Positions 1 to 8,324 of a stretch of 30,276 bases of DNA are shown one piece after another. Within the stretch, counting starts at the first letter, position 1, and the number at the start of each line of letters is the position of its first letter. A program made the position numbers and the translations under genes. Location of the stretch: assembly GCA_037443365.1 (NCBI GenBank), contig JBBIOM010000024.1:1-30276 (forward strand), given 5' to 3'. Origin of the DNA: Armatimonadota bacterium (GTDB lineage Bacteria > Sysuimicrobiota > Sysuimicrobiia > Sysuimicrobiales > Humicultoraceae). The notes under the pieces were generated by a model. It was not told where the DNA came from. It saw nothing but the letters and a program-made list of their open reading frames with translations, and did not search any database.

Positions 1-230
1 GACGCGATCCCGCATCCGCGATACCCGTGTGCCACCGCCACCGAACGCAGGATCCCGGCCGCGCCGTGGTTCTCGAGGCCTGCCGCGGCCACCACGCGCC
101 CGCCGCTGCGGGCCACCAGGAAGCCGGTGATCTGCCCGGGCACGCCTTCGCCCTGCAGGCCGGCCGACGCCAGCAATGCCAGTATCTCCTCCAGGTCCCG
201 AGCGCCCCCTGGGGCGATGGTCACCGGCAT
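1..230 (-). CDS. GNAT N-acetyltransferase, ArsN/ArsN2-like (runs off the left edge of the window)
   Basis: Not in the ORF track. Manual translation from ATG 230 (in-frame GTG 233 also possible): MPVTIAPGGARDLEEILALLASAGLQGEGVPGQITGFLVARSGGRVVAAAGLENHGAAGILRSVAVAHGYRGCGIA. LRSVAV..xxRGxGIA is GNAT motif A. GAGGG lies upstream and the gene directly follows arsR. Confidence 0.8.
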   Translation of the reverse strand, partial: MPVTIAPGGARDLEEILALLASAGLQGEGVPGQITGFLVARSGGRVVAAAGLENHGAAGILRSVAVAHGYRGCGIA

Positions 231-246
231 CACTGAACTTCCCTCT

Positions 247-270
247 ATCATTCGACAATCATCGATGTCA
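247..270. promoter_or_regulatory. Putative second ArsR/SmtB operator between arsR and the GNAT gene
   Basis: ATCATTCGA-CAATCA-TCGATGTCA, an imperfect inverted repeat whose left arm is identical to the site at 646-669. AT-rich island in GC-rich DNA. Confidence 0.65.
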
Positions 271-275
271 CCACG

Positions 276-629
276 TCACAACAGGCGCAGGATATGCCCC
301 GCGACGTGCTTGAGCATCTCCCGGCGCAGCGCGTAGAACGCCCACTGGCCTCGGCGCGTCACGCCCACGAGGCCGGCCTCGCGCAGCAACCGCAGGTGGT
401 GCGAGATCGTGGGCTGCCCGACAGGGAACGCCCCGGCGATGTCGCAGACGCACATCTGGTCGTGACGGGAGAGGAGTTCCACGATCCCGAGACGGATCGG
501 ATCGCCCAGCGCGGCCAGCAGGCCCGCAGCGGCGCTCACAGCGTCGCGGTCGAGGAGGTCGGCGTGAGACCGACACCCGCACTCAGGGCAGCAGGCGGCC
601 TCCTTGGAATGCTCAGTGGCAGGGTGCAC
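276..629 (-). CDS. arsR: ArsR/SmtB family metalloregulator (117 aa)
   Basis: C-terminal part of ORF 276..1019 with ALGDPIRLGI, MCVCDI, QPTISHHLRLLREAGLV and RRGQWAFY. Likely start is GTG 629, 6 nt after a -10 box (leaderless). N-terminal CCPECGC. Confidence 0.9.
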   Translation of the reverse strand: MHPATEHSKEAACCPECGCRSHADLLDRDAVSAAAGLLAALGDPIRLGIVELLSRHDQMCVCDIAGAFPVGQPTISHHLRLLREAGLVGVTRRGQWAFYALRREMLKHVAGHILRLL

Positions 630-635
630 AAGTAT

Positions 636-664
636 AGAATGGCAGATCATTCGATGAATGTCAA
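636..664 (-). promoter_or_regulatory. Sigma-70-type promoter of arsR
   Basis: Minus strand TTGACA(664-659)-N17-CATTCT(641-636); an overlapping TATACT at 636-631 is an alternative -10. Confidence 0.65.
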
Positions 665-669
665 TATGA
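646..669. promoter_or_regulatory. Putative ArsR operator overlapping the arsR -35 box
   Basis: ATCATTCGA-TGAATG-TCAATATGA imperfect inverted repeat in the usual autoregulatory position for the ArsR family. Confidence 0.7.
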
Positions 670-682
670 CCGGACGCGCGCG

Positions 683-3145
683 TTACCTGGCTCCCTCCCC
701 TGCGCGCGCACGCAGGGATTCGAGGTTGAAGTGCAGGCGGTCGGCCGTGGCCTCCAGCACGCCCCCGACGGGACTCTCGGCGGCGCCACCCCCTGCGCCG
801 CCGCGGGCCGCGCCCAGGCGCGGCGCCAACCTCTCCTCGAACAGGTTCTGCGCCTGCCACAGGTTGACGGTGATGCCGGCGTCGCTGGCGAAGTCGAGCG
901 TGCGGTCCACGTCGGCCAGGTTCTCCGTGAGAAACAGCCCGTCGGCGTCGCGCAGGCGCTGCTCGATGCGCGCGCGCAGCAGCGGCTCGAACTCCTCGGC
1001 TGGCAGCGTCATCCCCCACGAGCGGAGCTCGCCCAGGGCGTCCCAGGCCGAGGCGGAGAGCGCGCCGGGCGCCGCAAGCGCGCGCCGCAGGTCGGACCGC
1101 AGGATGAACTCCGCGGCGGTTGCGAACTCCGCCGGAACCGGGACATCGGCGTCGCGCAGGGTCTCCATGAGGCCGCGGCTCTCGTGGTAGAGCCGCCGGT
1201 ACGATGCCTCCAGGTGCGCGACGGTCTCCTCGGAGAGGCGGGCCAGCACCGCGCGCCGCTCCTCGGTGAAGAGGTCGCGGAGCGTGTAGAAGCGGCGGCC
1301 GAAGATGTCGTCCATCCGCCGGATCACCTCGGTGATCGTCCCCTCTTCGAACACCCCCGAAAGCGCGTCGGCCATCCTGGAGTGGGTCTCGTCATCCCAG
1401 TCCGCGGCCACGGAGCAGTGAACGTCGGTGCCGCCGATGTGGAGGACCGCGAAAGAGAAGGCGTGCTTCGCGTCAACCCGCGTCTCGGTGATGTCGGCGC
1501 GCCCGATCAGCAGCACGAGGGGCCCGCGGGCCAGCCGGCGCATGCCCCGGCGTGCCGCCTGGTACGCGTAGATCCGCGCCTCGTCGGGGAACTCCTGGAA
1601 GAGCGACATGATGGCGTAGTGGGCCGCGGCGCGACGCGCGTCCACGATCGCCGTGCGCACCAGGCGGTCGTAGACGCCCTCGCCGTCATGGAAGACCGGC
1701 AGGTTGCTCTCGGCCACGCGCAGCCGGTCGAGGAACGGCGTCTCCAGCGCGGGGGTCCCGTGGCCGTCCGGGTCCACCTGGCCGGCGAGCTGGATCGCCC
1801 GGGCCGCGTGCCTCATCAGTTGCACCGCCTCGACGCGGGAGATCTCGTCGAAGAACCAGCCGTCCGAGGCGAACATCAGCATCGCGTGCCGCTGCATCTC
1901 CAGGAGCCGCAGCGCCGCACGGCGGTCCTGGGGGTCGCCGGGCCGCAGGGCCTGCACCGCCAGGAAGTGCGCCAGCGACGCCTCGCTGCGGCACAACACC
2001 ACCTCGATGTAGGCGTCGAGCGCTGCCCAGGGATCGTGGAAGACCCTGGCGCCGGCATCATCGAACAGCGCGTCGATTTCGGCCTTCAACCAGTCCAGCG
2101 CGTTGCGCAGCGGCGCCCGCCAGCGCTGGTGCCAGTCGGGCCGCGTGCGGCAGCCGCAGTCGGCCCTCCAGCGCTCGATTCCGTGGGCGCACGACCACGA
2201 GGTGCGCTCACGGATCTCCACCTCGTGCGTGGGCGGGTAGTCGGCCAGGAAGGCGGCGTAGTTCATCAGGCGGCCGCCCCCGTTGCGCCTGAGCACCTCG
2301 ATCGCGTACGCCAGGGCCATCTCCCCGAAGCGGTGGTGGTGGCCGTAGGTCTCGCCATCGGTCGCCACGTGCACCATCCGGCCGCCCGCCCATCCTGCGT
2401 CGGCGGCGACCCCTGCGAGCCGGCCGGCCAGGCCCTCCCCGCTGTCCAGCAGTCTGCCGAAGGCGATCTCGCGCGATATCGCCCCGTCGTAGAAGAACAG
2501 CACGATGCGCAGCCCCGGGGCCGGATGGCACATGTACGCCCGCGTGGTGTCCAGCACCTCGGGTCGAACCTCCACCCACTCGCCGGCCGGGGCTGCGCGC
2601 ACGCGCGCCGCCTGGTGCGGCGCCAGGACCGTGAACGCGATCCCGCACTGGGCGAGGACAGCCAGCGTCTCGCGATCCACGGCGGTCTCCGGCAGCCACA
2701 TACCCTCGGGTGGCCGACCGAACCGGCGCGTGAAGTCGGCGATCCCCCAGCGGACCTGCGTCATCTTGTCCTGTCGCGAGGCCAGCGGCAGGATGACGTG
2801 CGCCCAGGGGTGCGCCATCGCGCTGCCGTACCCCAGCGAAGAGGTGCTTTCTTGGTCCGCGCGGATGAACTGGGCGTAGACCTCCGGTGCGTGGTGCTCG
2901 AGCCAGCCGGCCAGGGCCGGTCCCAGGTCAAAGGAGATCGACGAGTAGTTGTTTACGATGCGCTCGATCCGGCCCTGCTCGTTGAGGATGCGCGCGGCGG
3001 CATTGGGCGCGTAGCACTCCGCTGCGATGCGCGCGTTCCAGTCGTGGTAGGGCGCCGCCGAGTCGTCCACCTCCACGTGCTCCAGCCAGGGGTTCTCGCG
3101 CACGGGCTGGTAGAAGTGCCCGTGGATGCAGACGAGCGCGCTCAC
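683..3145 (-). CDS. Glycoside hydrolase family 57 protein with DUF3536-type C-terminal region
   Basis: HGHFYQPxRENPW N-terminus, GMWLPETA (nucleophile Glu), ATDGETYGHH (acid/base Asp), WSCAHGIERW; 820 aa; GTGA overlap with glgC. Confidence 0.88.
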   Translation of the reverse strand: MSALVCIHGHFYQPVRENPWLEHVEVDDSAAPYHDWNARIAAECYAPNAAARILNEQGRIERIVNNYSSISFDLGPALAGWLEHHAPEVYAQFIRADQESTSSLGYGSAMAHPWAHVILPLASRQDKMTQVRWGIADFTRRFGRPPEGMWLPETAVDRETLAVLAQCGIAFTVLAPHQAARVRAAPAGEWVEVRPEVLDTTRAYMCHPAPGLRIVLFFYDGAISREIAFGRLLDSGEGLAGRLAGVAADAGWAGGRMVHVATDGETYGHHHRFGEMALAYAIEVLRRNGGGRLMNYAAFLADYPPTHEVEIRERTSWSCAHGIERWRADCGCRTRPDWHQRWRAPLRNALDWLKAEIDALFDDAGARVFHDPWAALDAYIEVVLCRSEASLAHFLAVQALRPGDPQDRRAALRLLEMQRHAMLMFASDGWFFDEISRVEAVQLMRHAARAIQLAGQVDPDGHGTPALETPFLDRLRVAESNLPVFHDGEGVYDRLVRTAIVDARRAAAHYAIMSLFQEFPDEARIYAYQAARRGMRRLARGPLVLLIGRADITETRVDAKHAFSFAVLHIGGTDVHCSVAADWDDETHSRMADALSGVFEEGTITEVIRRMDDIFGRRFYTLRDLFTEERRAVLARLSEETVAHLEASYRRLYHESRGLMETLRDADVPVPAEFATAAEFILRSDLRRALAAPGALSASAWDALGELRSWGMTLPAEEFEPLLRARIEQRLRDADGLFLTENLADVDRTLDFASDAGITVNLWQAQNLFEERLAPRLGAARGGAGGGAAESPVGGVLEATADRLHFNLESLRARAGEGAR

Positions 3146-4377
3146 GAGGTGTAGCGGGTGGTTCCTCGCGGCAGCACGACGATGCCCGAGGGATCAACCT
3201 TGTAGCGCTGGGCGTCCCGCGCCGGGTCCATTCCTATCTCGGCGTGGTCGGGGATCACGTTGTAGCGGTCCATGATGACACGTCGCAGGCGCGCGCCCTC
3301 GCCCACCGTCGTGTGGTCCATCACCACCGACTCCTCTATCAGCGCCCCCTTCCCCACGCGCACGCCGCGGCCCAGGATCGAGCGCCGAATCGCCGCGCGC
3401 TCCACGCGGGTTCCTTCTCCGACCAGCGAGTCGCTGATCTCTGCGCCGAAGAGCCGGGCCGGCGGACCGCTGTACGCGCTCGTGTGGATGGGCCACTGGG
3501 GGTTGTCGAGGTCGAACAACGGGGCGGCGCCCAACAGGTCCATCTGCGCCTGCCAGTACGCTCCAATCGTTCCCACGTCGCGCCAGTAGCCGCGCTCCTC
3601 GTGCGGCTTGGCGCCCGGGATCATGTTGTCGAGGAAGTTGTATGCGAACACCTCGGCATGCGGATAGAGATCCGGGATGATCGTCCTCCCGAAATCGTGG
3701 TCGGTGCTGCGACGGGCGTCCTCGATGAGGGTCTCGACCAGGATGTCACGGTTGAAGATGTAGTTGCCCATCGAGGACAGGGCCCTTGCCGGGTCCGAGG
3801 GCATCGGCCTCGGCTGCGCCGGCTTCTCCTCGAACCCGGCGACGCGCCCATCGGCGTCTGCTTCCACGATGCCGAACTCACAGGCCTCGCCGATGGGCAC
3901 CGGGCGCACCGCGACCGTGAGCTGGCTCCCGCGATCCAGGTGGAAGGCCAGCGCCTGGTTGAGGTCCATCCGGTAGATGTGGTCGGCGCCGAAGATCATG
4001 ACGATGTCGGGGTTGAAGTCACGCATCAGGTTGAGGTTCTGATAGACCGCATCCGCGGTCCCGCGATACCATGACTCGCCCCAGCGCATCTGCGGGGGGA
4101 CCGCGATCACGAAGTGGTCGGGCAGGCCTCCGAATCGCCAGCCCACGCGCAGGTGCTCGATCAACGACTGCGCCTTGTACTGGACCAGCACGTACACGGA
4201 GTAGATCCCCGAGTTGACGAAGTTGGAGAGCACGAAGTCCGCGATCCTGTACTTGCCGCCGAAGGGCACCGCCGGCTTCCCGCGCTCGCGTGTGAGCGGC
4301 TCCAACCGTTCGCCCCGGCCTCCGGCCAGGATGAAGGCCAGAATGCGCGGCCGATACATGCGCGCCGGGGGGGTCAC
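3142..4377 (-). CDS. glgC: Glucose-1-phosphate adenylyltransferase (ADP-glucose pyrophosphorylase)
   Basis: LAGGRGERL, KPAVPFGGKYRI, YRGTADAV, GADHIYRMD, FEEKP, SMGNYIF, YWRDVGT and C-terminal beta-helix repeats. Start GTG 4377 (overlaps the upstream stop) or ATG 4359; the ORF-track start at 5196 is over-extended. Confidence 0.95.
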   Translation of the reverse strand: MTPPARMYRPRILAFILAGGRGERLEPLTRERGKPAVPFGGKYRIADFVLSNFVNSGIYSVYVLVQYKAQSLIEHLRVGWRFGGLPDHFVIAVPPQMRWGESWYRGTADAVYQNLNLMRDFNPDIVMIFGADHIYRMDLNQALAFHLDRGSQLTVAVRPVPIGEACEFGIVEADADGRVAGFEEKPAQPRPMPSDPARALSSMGNYIFNRDILVETLIEDARRSTDHDFGRTIIPDLYPHAEVFAYNFLDNMIPGAKPHEERGYWRDVGTIGAYWQAQMDLLGAAPLFDLDNPQWPIHTSAYSGPPARLFGAEISDSLVGEGTRVERAAIRRSILGRGVRVGKGALIEESVVMDHTTVGEGARLRRVIMDRYNVIPDHAEIGMDPARDAQRYKVDPSGIVVLPRGTTRYTS

Positions 4378-6092
4378 AGCGACCGCACCTCGCGCGCGGC
4401 ACGCACGTGCTCTAGCACGTCGGGGAACGGGAAATCCTGCCGCTCGCGCGCGGCCAGGAACAGATCGTCTTCCTCCTTCGGCTGCTGTCCATCCATGAGC
4501 CGCTGCATCAGGTGGCCCAGGCGCGTGAGGTGGGCGTAGTGCTCGGCGAACCGCGCCTCGGCGTAGTTGCGGGCCGCCCAGGTGGTGATCAGGAACTGCC
4601 AGTCCGACGCCTGGAGGAGCAGGAGTTCGCGCGCCATCTGGGCCACGGCCCGCCGTTGGAACGGGTCGCCTTCCCAGGCCGTGCCGCGCGCGACGGACCA
4701 GAACTCCTCCTCTGCCGCGTATACCATCTCCCAGGTCCACAGGGTCTCGCGGTTGAGCCAGACCCGATGGTCGCCGCCCTCGCCCCACGACCCTTCGAGC
4801 AGCGTGACCGACTCCGGCGGCGGACAGTGATCGAGGTATCCGCCAAGCGACTCGGGCTCCACGCCATGGGCGGGGAGCATCTCCAGGACCTCGCCCAGGA
4901 ACGCCGGCCCCTCGAACCACCAGTGCCCGAACAGTTCCGTGTCGTAAGGGTTGCAGACCGCCACCGGAAACCCTGAGCGCTGTGCCTCGGTCTCGACGAG
5001 ACCGCCTACGATCCGTGCGAAGTGTTCGGCATGTCCATGGGCCACTCGCCGTGCGGTCTGCGGGTCGTAGGAGAGCTTGCTTCCCAGGTCGCCACGGGCG
5101 TCTGTGACGCGCCAGTACCGGATTCCGCCGGGGAAGTGTTTCTTGTGGAACTCCAGGTACCAGTGATCGCCTGGGTATCCCACATCCCTGCTCCACACCT
5201 GCAGCGTGGTGTGCGGGTCACGCGTGAAGGCCACGGCACCGCTTCCGCCGCCGCGCGAGACGACGGCGTAGGGGCGGTACGGGCTTCGGTCGCGCGGGTA
5301 CGCCGGGTACTCGGCGCCCGACGCCAGGGTTCGCAGCGCCGGGTAGTGCTGCCCGTACAGCGACATGGGCGCGCCGCCGCGCAGCAGGTGAGAATCGGTT
5401 ACGAAGAACTCCAGCGCGTGCTCTGCGAGGAACTCCTCGATCCCGCGCCGCCGCCTTCGCACCTTGCCCGCCATCGGGCCGGCCGGCGGCGTCCACTCAT
5501 AGCGCGAGCGGTAGGCGCATTCGGGCAGCCAGACGCCGCGCGGCGCGGCGCCGAAATGCCGCGCGTGTGTCGCGGTCCCCACGCGGAGCTGCAGATCCAC
5601 CGACTCCTCGCGACCCAGGAGGGGAAGGTATCCGTGGGTCGCGGCCGATGTGACCAGTTCGAGCGTCCCGGCCTCGGTCAGGTGCCTGAACGCGCCGAGC
5701 AGATCACCACCCAGCGCGTGGAACTGCCGCAGCGCGCCCTGGTAGTTCTGCTCCCAGAACCGCGCGAGGCCCGCGAGGTCCAGCAGGCCGTCCCGCTCGA
5801 AGTGCACGCGGTTCTCCTCGGCCGATTCCAGCCGCTGCCGGAGGAAGGCCTCGATCTCCGGAGGGAAGGAAGGGTGCGCAAGCTGCTCGGCCAGGATCGG
5901 GGTGATGTTCAGCGTGACGAGGGGCCGTCGGGCGCGCGGGGCCAGGCGCCCGAGCACCTCAATCAGCGGCAGGTAGCAGCCGATCGCGACCTCGCACAGC
6001 CAATCGCTCCCGTGCGGCCACCGGCCGTGCCCCAGGACCAGGGGCAGGTGCGAGTGGAGAACCAGCAAGAAGCTCCCGCGTGAAGGGGCCAT
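4374..6092 (-). CDS. GH57 1,4-alpha-glucan branching enzyme (DUF1957 type)
   Basis: LVLHSHLP, SAATHGYLPL, WLPECAY, PYDTELFGHWWFEG, RELLLLQASDWQF; GGAGG RBS before ATG 6092. Confidence 0.92.
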   Translation of the reverse strand: MAPSRGSFLLVLHSHLPLVLGHGRWPHGSDWLCEVAIGCYLPLIEVLGRLAPRARRPLVTLNITPILAEQLAHPSFPPEIEAFLRQRLESAEENRVHFERDGLLDLAGLARFWEQNYQGALRQFHALGGDLLGAFRHLTEAGTLELVTSAATHGYLPLLGREESVDLQLRVGTATHARHFGAAPRGVWLPECAYRSRYEWTPPAGPMAGKVRRRRRGIEEFLAEHALEFFVTDSHLLRGGAPMSLYGQHYPALRTLASGAEYPAYPRDRSPYRPYAVVSRGGGSGAVAFTRDPHTTLQVWSRDVGYPGDHWYLEFHKKHFPGGIRYWRVTDARGDLGSKLSYDPQTARRVAHGHAEHFARIVGGLVETEAQRSGFPVAVCNPYDTELFGHWWFEGPAFLGEVLEMLPAHGVEPESLGGYLDHCPPPESVTLLEGSWGEGGDHRVWLNRETLWTWEMVYAAEEEFWSVARGTAWEGDPFQRRAVAQMARELLLLQASDWQFLITTWAARNYAEARFAEHYAHLTRLGHLMQRLMDGQQPKEEDDLFLAARERQDFPFPDVLEHVRAAREVRSL

Positions 6093-6146
6093 GGCGCCTC
6101 CGACTCACTTATCGTCCGGGCAGGTGAAATCCTGCAAAGAGCACCG

Positions 6147-7070
6147 CTACCTGGCCTGGTCTGCGAACCACGCGGCAGTTCGGGCCAGGCCCTCCTCGAG
6201 GGAGACCGATGGCTCCCAGCCCAGATGGCGGCGCGCTGCCCCGGCGTCGAGCCGGATGTGCCGCACGTCGCCCGTTCGTGGCGGCGCATGGCGCGGCCTC
6301 ATCGCCGCGCGCAGCGCCTCCGATAGGACGCGGAAGACCGTGTTGACAGATGTGCCCTCTCCGGTCCCAATGTTGAACGCGCCCTCCGCCCTGCGGTCAG
6401 CCGCCAGGAGGTTGGCGCGCACGACATCGTCCACGTGCACGAAGTCGCGGGTCTGCTCGCCGTCGCCGTAGATGGTGGGCGGCTCGCCGGCCAGCAGCGC
6501 GCGCGCGAAGATGGCCACGACGCCGGCCTCGCCGTGCGGATCCTGGCGCGGTCCGTACACGTTGGAGTAGCGCAGGCTGCAGACCGGGAGCCCGTGCAGG
6601 CGCCGGTAGAGCGCCAGATACCCCTCCGCGGCTGCCTTGGCGCAGCCGTAGGGGCTCATCGGAAGGAGCGGCGTTGCCTCGTCGGCCGGCTGGCGCTCCG
6701 GCTCGCCGTAGAGCGCTCCCCCGGTGGAGGCGAAGATGAGATGCTCTACCCCGAACTGGACCGCCAGTTCGGCCACCCTCAGCGTGCCGAGCACGTTTGT
6801 CTCGGCGTCCAACAGCGGTTCCCGCACCGATACGCTGACCGATACCTGGGCGGCGTGATGGTTCACCACCTGGGGACGCGCCCGATCGAAGACCTCGCGC
6901 AGGGACGGGTCGCGGACGTCCAGTTGGTAGAACCGCGCGGCGGCGCCAACGAACTCCTGCCTGCCGCCGACCAGCGAGTCCACCACGGTCACCTCGTCCC
7001 CTCGGGCCAGGTGGACGTCGGCGATGTGGGAGCCTATGAATCCGGCGCCGCCGGTGATCAACACCCTCAT
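6147..7070 (-). CDS. NAD-dependent epimerase/dehydratase (UDP-glucose 4-epimerase-like)
   Basis: MRVLITGGAGFIGSH, ASTGGALYG, YGCAK (YxxxK), RYSNVYGPRQ, QTRDFVHV; ATG 7070 overlaps the mscS stop (ATGA). Confidence 0.9.
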   Translation of the reverse strand: MRVLITGGAGFIGSHIADVHLARGDEVTVVDSLVGGRQEFVGAAARFYQLDVRDPSLREVFDRARPQVVNHHAAQVSVSVSVREPLLDAETNVLGTLRVAELAVQFGVEHLIFASTGGALYGEPERQPADEATPLLPMSPYGCAKAAAEGYLALYRRLHGLPVCSLRYSNVYGPRQDPHGEAGVVAIFARALLAGEPPTIYGDGEQTRDFVHVDDVVRANLLAADRRAEGAFNIGTGEGTSVNTVFRVLSEALRAAMRPRHAPPRTGDVRHIRLDAGAARRHLGWEPSVSLEEGLARTAAWFADQAR

Positions 7071-7924
7071 CGCAGGTACACCACCTGTCGCGGGAAGGCG
7101 ATCTCGACGCCCTCGGACTCGAACGCCGCCTTCAGCAGCGCACGCAACTCGCGTTCCACCTCCCACTGGGTCTGGGGCTTCACCATCACAACCAGGCGCA
7201 CCTGGACGTCCGATGCGCCGAGTTCGACGACCCCCTGCACCTCGGGCGGTGCCAGCGCCAGGTCTGGGTGATCGGCGACCCAGGTCTCGCCTACGCGCCG
7301 CATCACCTGCATGGCGCGCTCCAGATTCGCCTCGTATGCAAGGCCGACCTGTACGATCGCCCGCATGAAGCCACGGTTCATGTTGCCGAACCGCCGGATC
7401 TCGCCGTTGGGGATTGTCACCAGTTCCCCGGAGAACTGCCGGAGAGCCGTGGTCCGCAGGTGGATGCGCTCCACCGTTCCCGTGGCGTCGCCGATGCGAA
7501 CGATGTCGCCCACCTGCACCAGCCCTTCGAATATGAGGAAGAACCCTGCTATCACGTCGCGTATCAGGTGCTGAGCACCAAACCCGATGGCGAGGCCGGC
7601 GATGCCCGCGCTGGCGAGGATCGCCGCGACGTTGACGCCGAGCCGGTCCAGGATCATGACCGCGGCGGTGAAGTAGAAGAGGTAGCGGAGCGCGCTTTCG
7701 AGCAGAGGCGCCAGCGTGCGGATCTGCGCCGCGCGTTCAGGGTCGTGGCGCGGATCCTCGGGCCGGAGCCAACGCTGCAGCACCGCGGTGGCCAGGTACA
7801 GGGCCAGGCGGAGGCCCACGGCGATCACGGCCACGGCCACGACCGCCTCTATGATCGCCTCGATCCTGGCAGGGGACAGCAGGGATTCGATTGCGCGGCG
7901 CAGAGGCCCCAGGTCAGCGCGCAC
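7067..7924 (-). CDS. mscS: Small-conductance mechanosensitive channel (MscS family)
   Basis: ILASAGIAGLAIGFGAQHLIRDVIAG, VQVGDIV, GTVERIHLRTT, VTIPNG, GVEIAFP; GTG 7924 with GGAGG RBS at 7936-7932. Confidence 0.92.
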   Translation of the reverse strand: MRADLGPLRRAIESLLSPARIEAIIEAVVAVAVIAVGLRLALYLATAVLQRWLRPEDPRHDPERAAQIRTLAPLLESALRYLFYFTAAVMILDRLGVNVAAILASAGIAGLAIGFGAQHLIRDVIAGFFLIFEGLVQVGDIVRIGDATGTVERIHLRTTALRQFSGELVTIPNGEIRRFGNMNRGFMRAIVQVGLAYEANLERAMQVMRRVGETWVADHPDLALAPPEVQGVVELGASDVQVRLVVMVKPQTQWEVERELRALLKAAFESEGVEIAFPRQVVYLR

Positions 7925-8231
7925 CGCGCGTCCTCCTGCCGCCTGACTCCAGGGCGCGTGCGGCCGCGCCGGCCTCCTCCAAGGACGAGATATCCAGCCG
8001 CCACTTGATCTCACGCAGCAGTTCGGAGGGGGCCATCTCCGGCGCCTGCCAGGGGACGGTCCGGCCGCCGAGCCGCTTCTGGCGCGCCAGCTCCATGGCC
8101 GCGAGCACCTCCTGGCGCTGCCGGCGGCTCGCGGTCACGATCGCCGTGCGCAGGCGCTCACGCAGCAGCAGCAGCCGCCGGAGTTCGGCGCCCGATAGGA
8201 TCTGCTTTGGTGGTGCCGCGTCGGTGGCCAT
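7914..8231 (-). CDS. Hypothetical basic, helical-looking protein (105 aa)
   Basis: C-terminal part of ORF 7914..9452 from ATG 8231 (MATDAAPPKQILSGAELRRLLLLRERL...). It fills the gap before mscS, overlaps its start, and sits 9 nt after the recurrent promoter motif. No family recognised. Confidence 0.65.
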   Translation of the reverse strand: MATDAAPPKQILSGAELRRLLLLRERLRTAIVTASRRQRQEVLAAMELARQKRLGGRTVPWQAPEMAPSELLREIKWRLDISSLEEAGAAARALESGGRRTRGAR

Positions 8232-8240
8232 CGCAGATGA

Positions 8241-8265
8241 GTTCGCCCCCTGCCCTCGCCTCCCT
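8241..8265 (-). promoter_or_regulatory. Sigma-H-like promoter motif, probably leaderless
   Basis: AGGG(8265-8262)-N17-GAAC(8244-8241)-N9-ATG 8231. Confidence 0.5.
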
Positions 8266-8289
8266 CCGTGGACGCCGCCAGAGGCGGCA

Positions 8290-8315
8290 AGGGATTCCGC
8301 GGCGCGCGTGCGAAC
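8290..8315 (+). promoter_or_regulatory. Sigma-H-like promoter motif, probably leaderless
   Basis: AGGG(8290-8293)-N18-GAAC(8312-8315)-N9-ATG 8325; no Shine-Dalgarno sequence in between. Confidence 0.5.
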
Positions 8316-8324
8316 TCGTACCCG

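Noticed and set aside
630..1019. Long N-terminal extension of ArsR in the ORF track
   Set aside because: It overlaps the GH57 gene and runs through the promoter and operator; GTG 629 fits better.
731..3154. 807-aa plus-strand ORF and other long antisense ORFs (5022..6083, 13914..15608, 18144..19487, 19866..21350, 22230..23387)
   Set aside because: Shadow ORFs opposite well-supported genes. High GC3 removes stops in the antisense frame, and no motifs are recognisable.
4378..5196. Apparent N-terminal fusion on GlgC (684-aa ORF)
   Set aside because: An alternative-frame read through the GH57 branching enzyme gene; GlgC similarity starts near 4359-4377.
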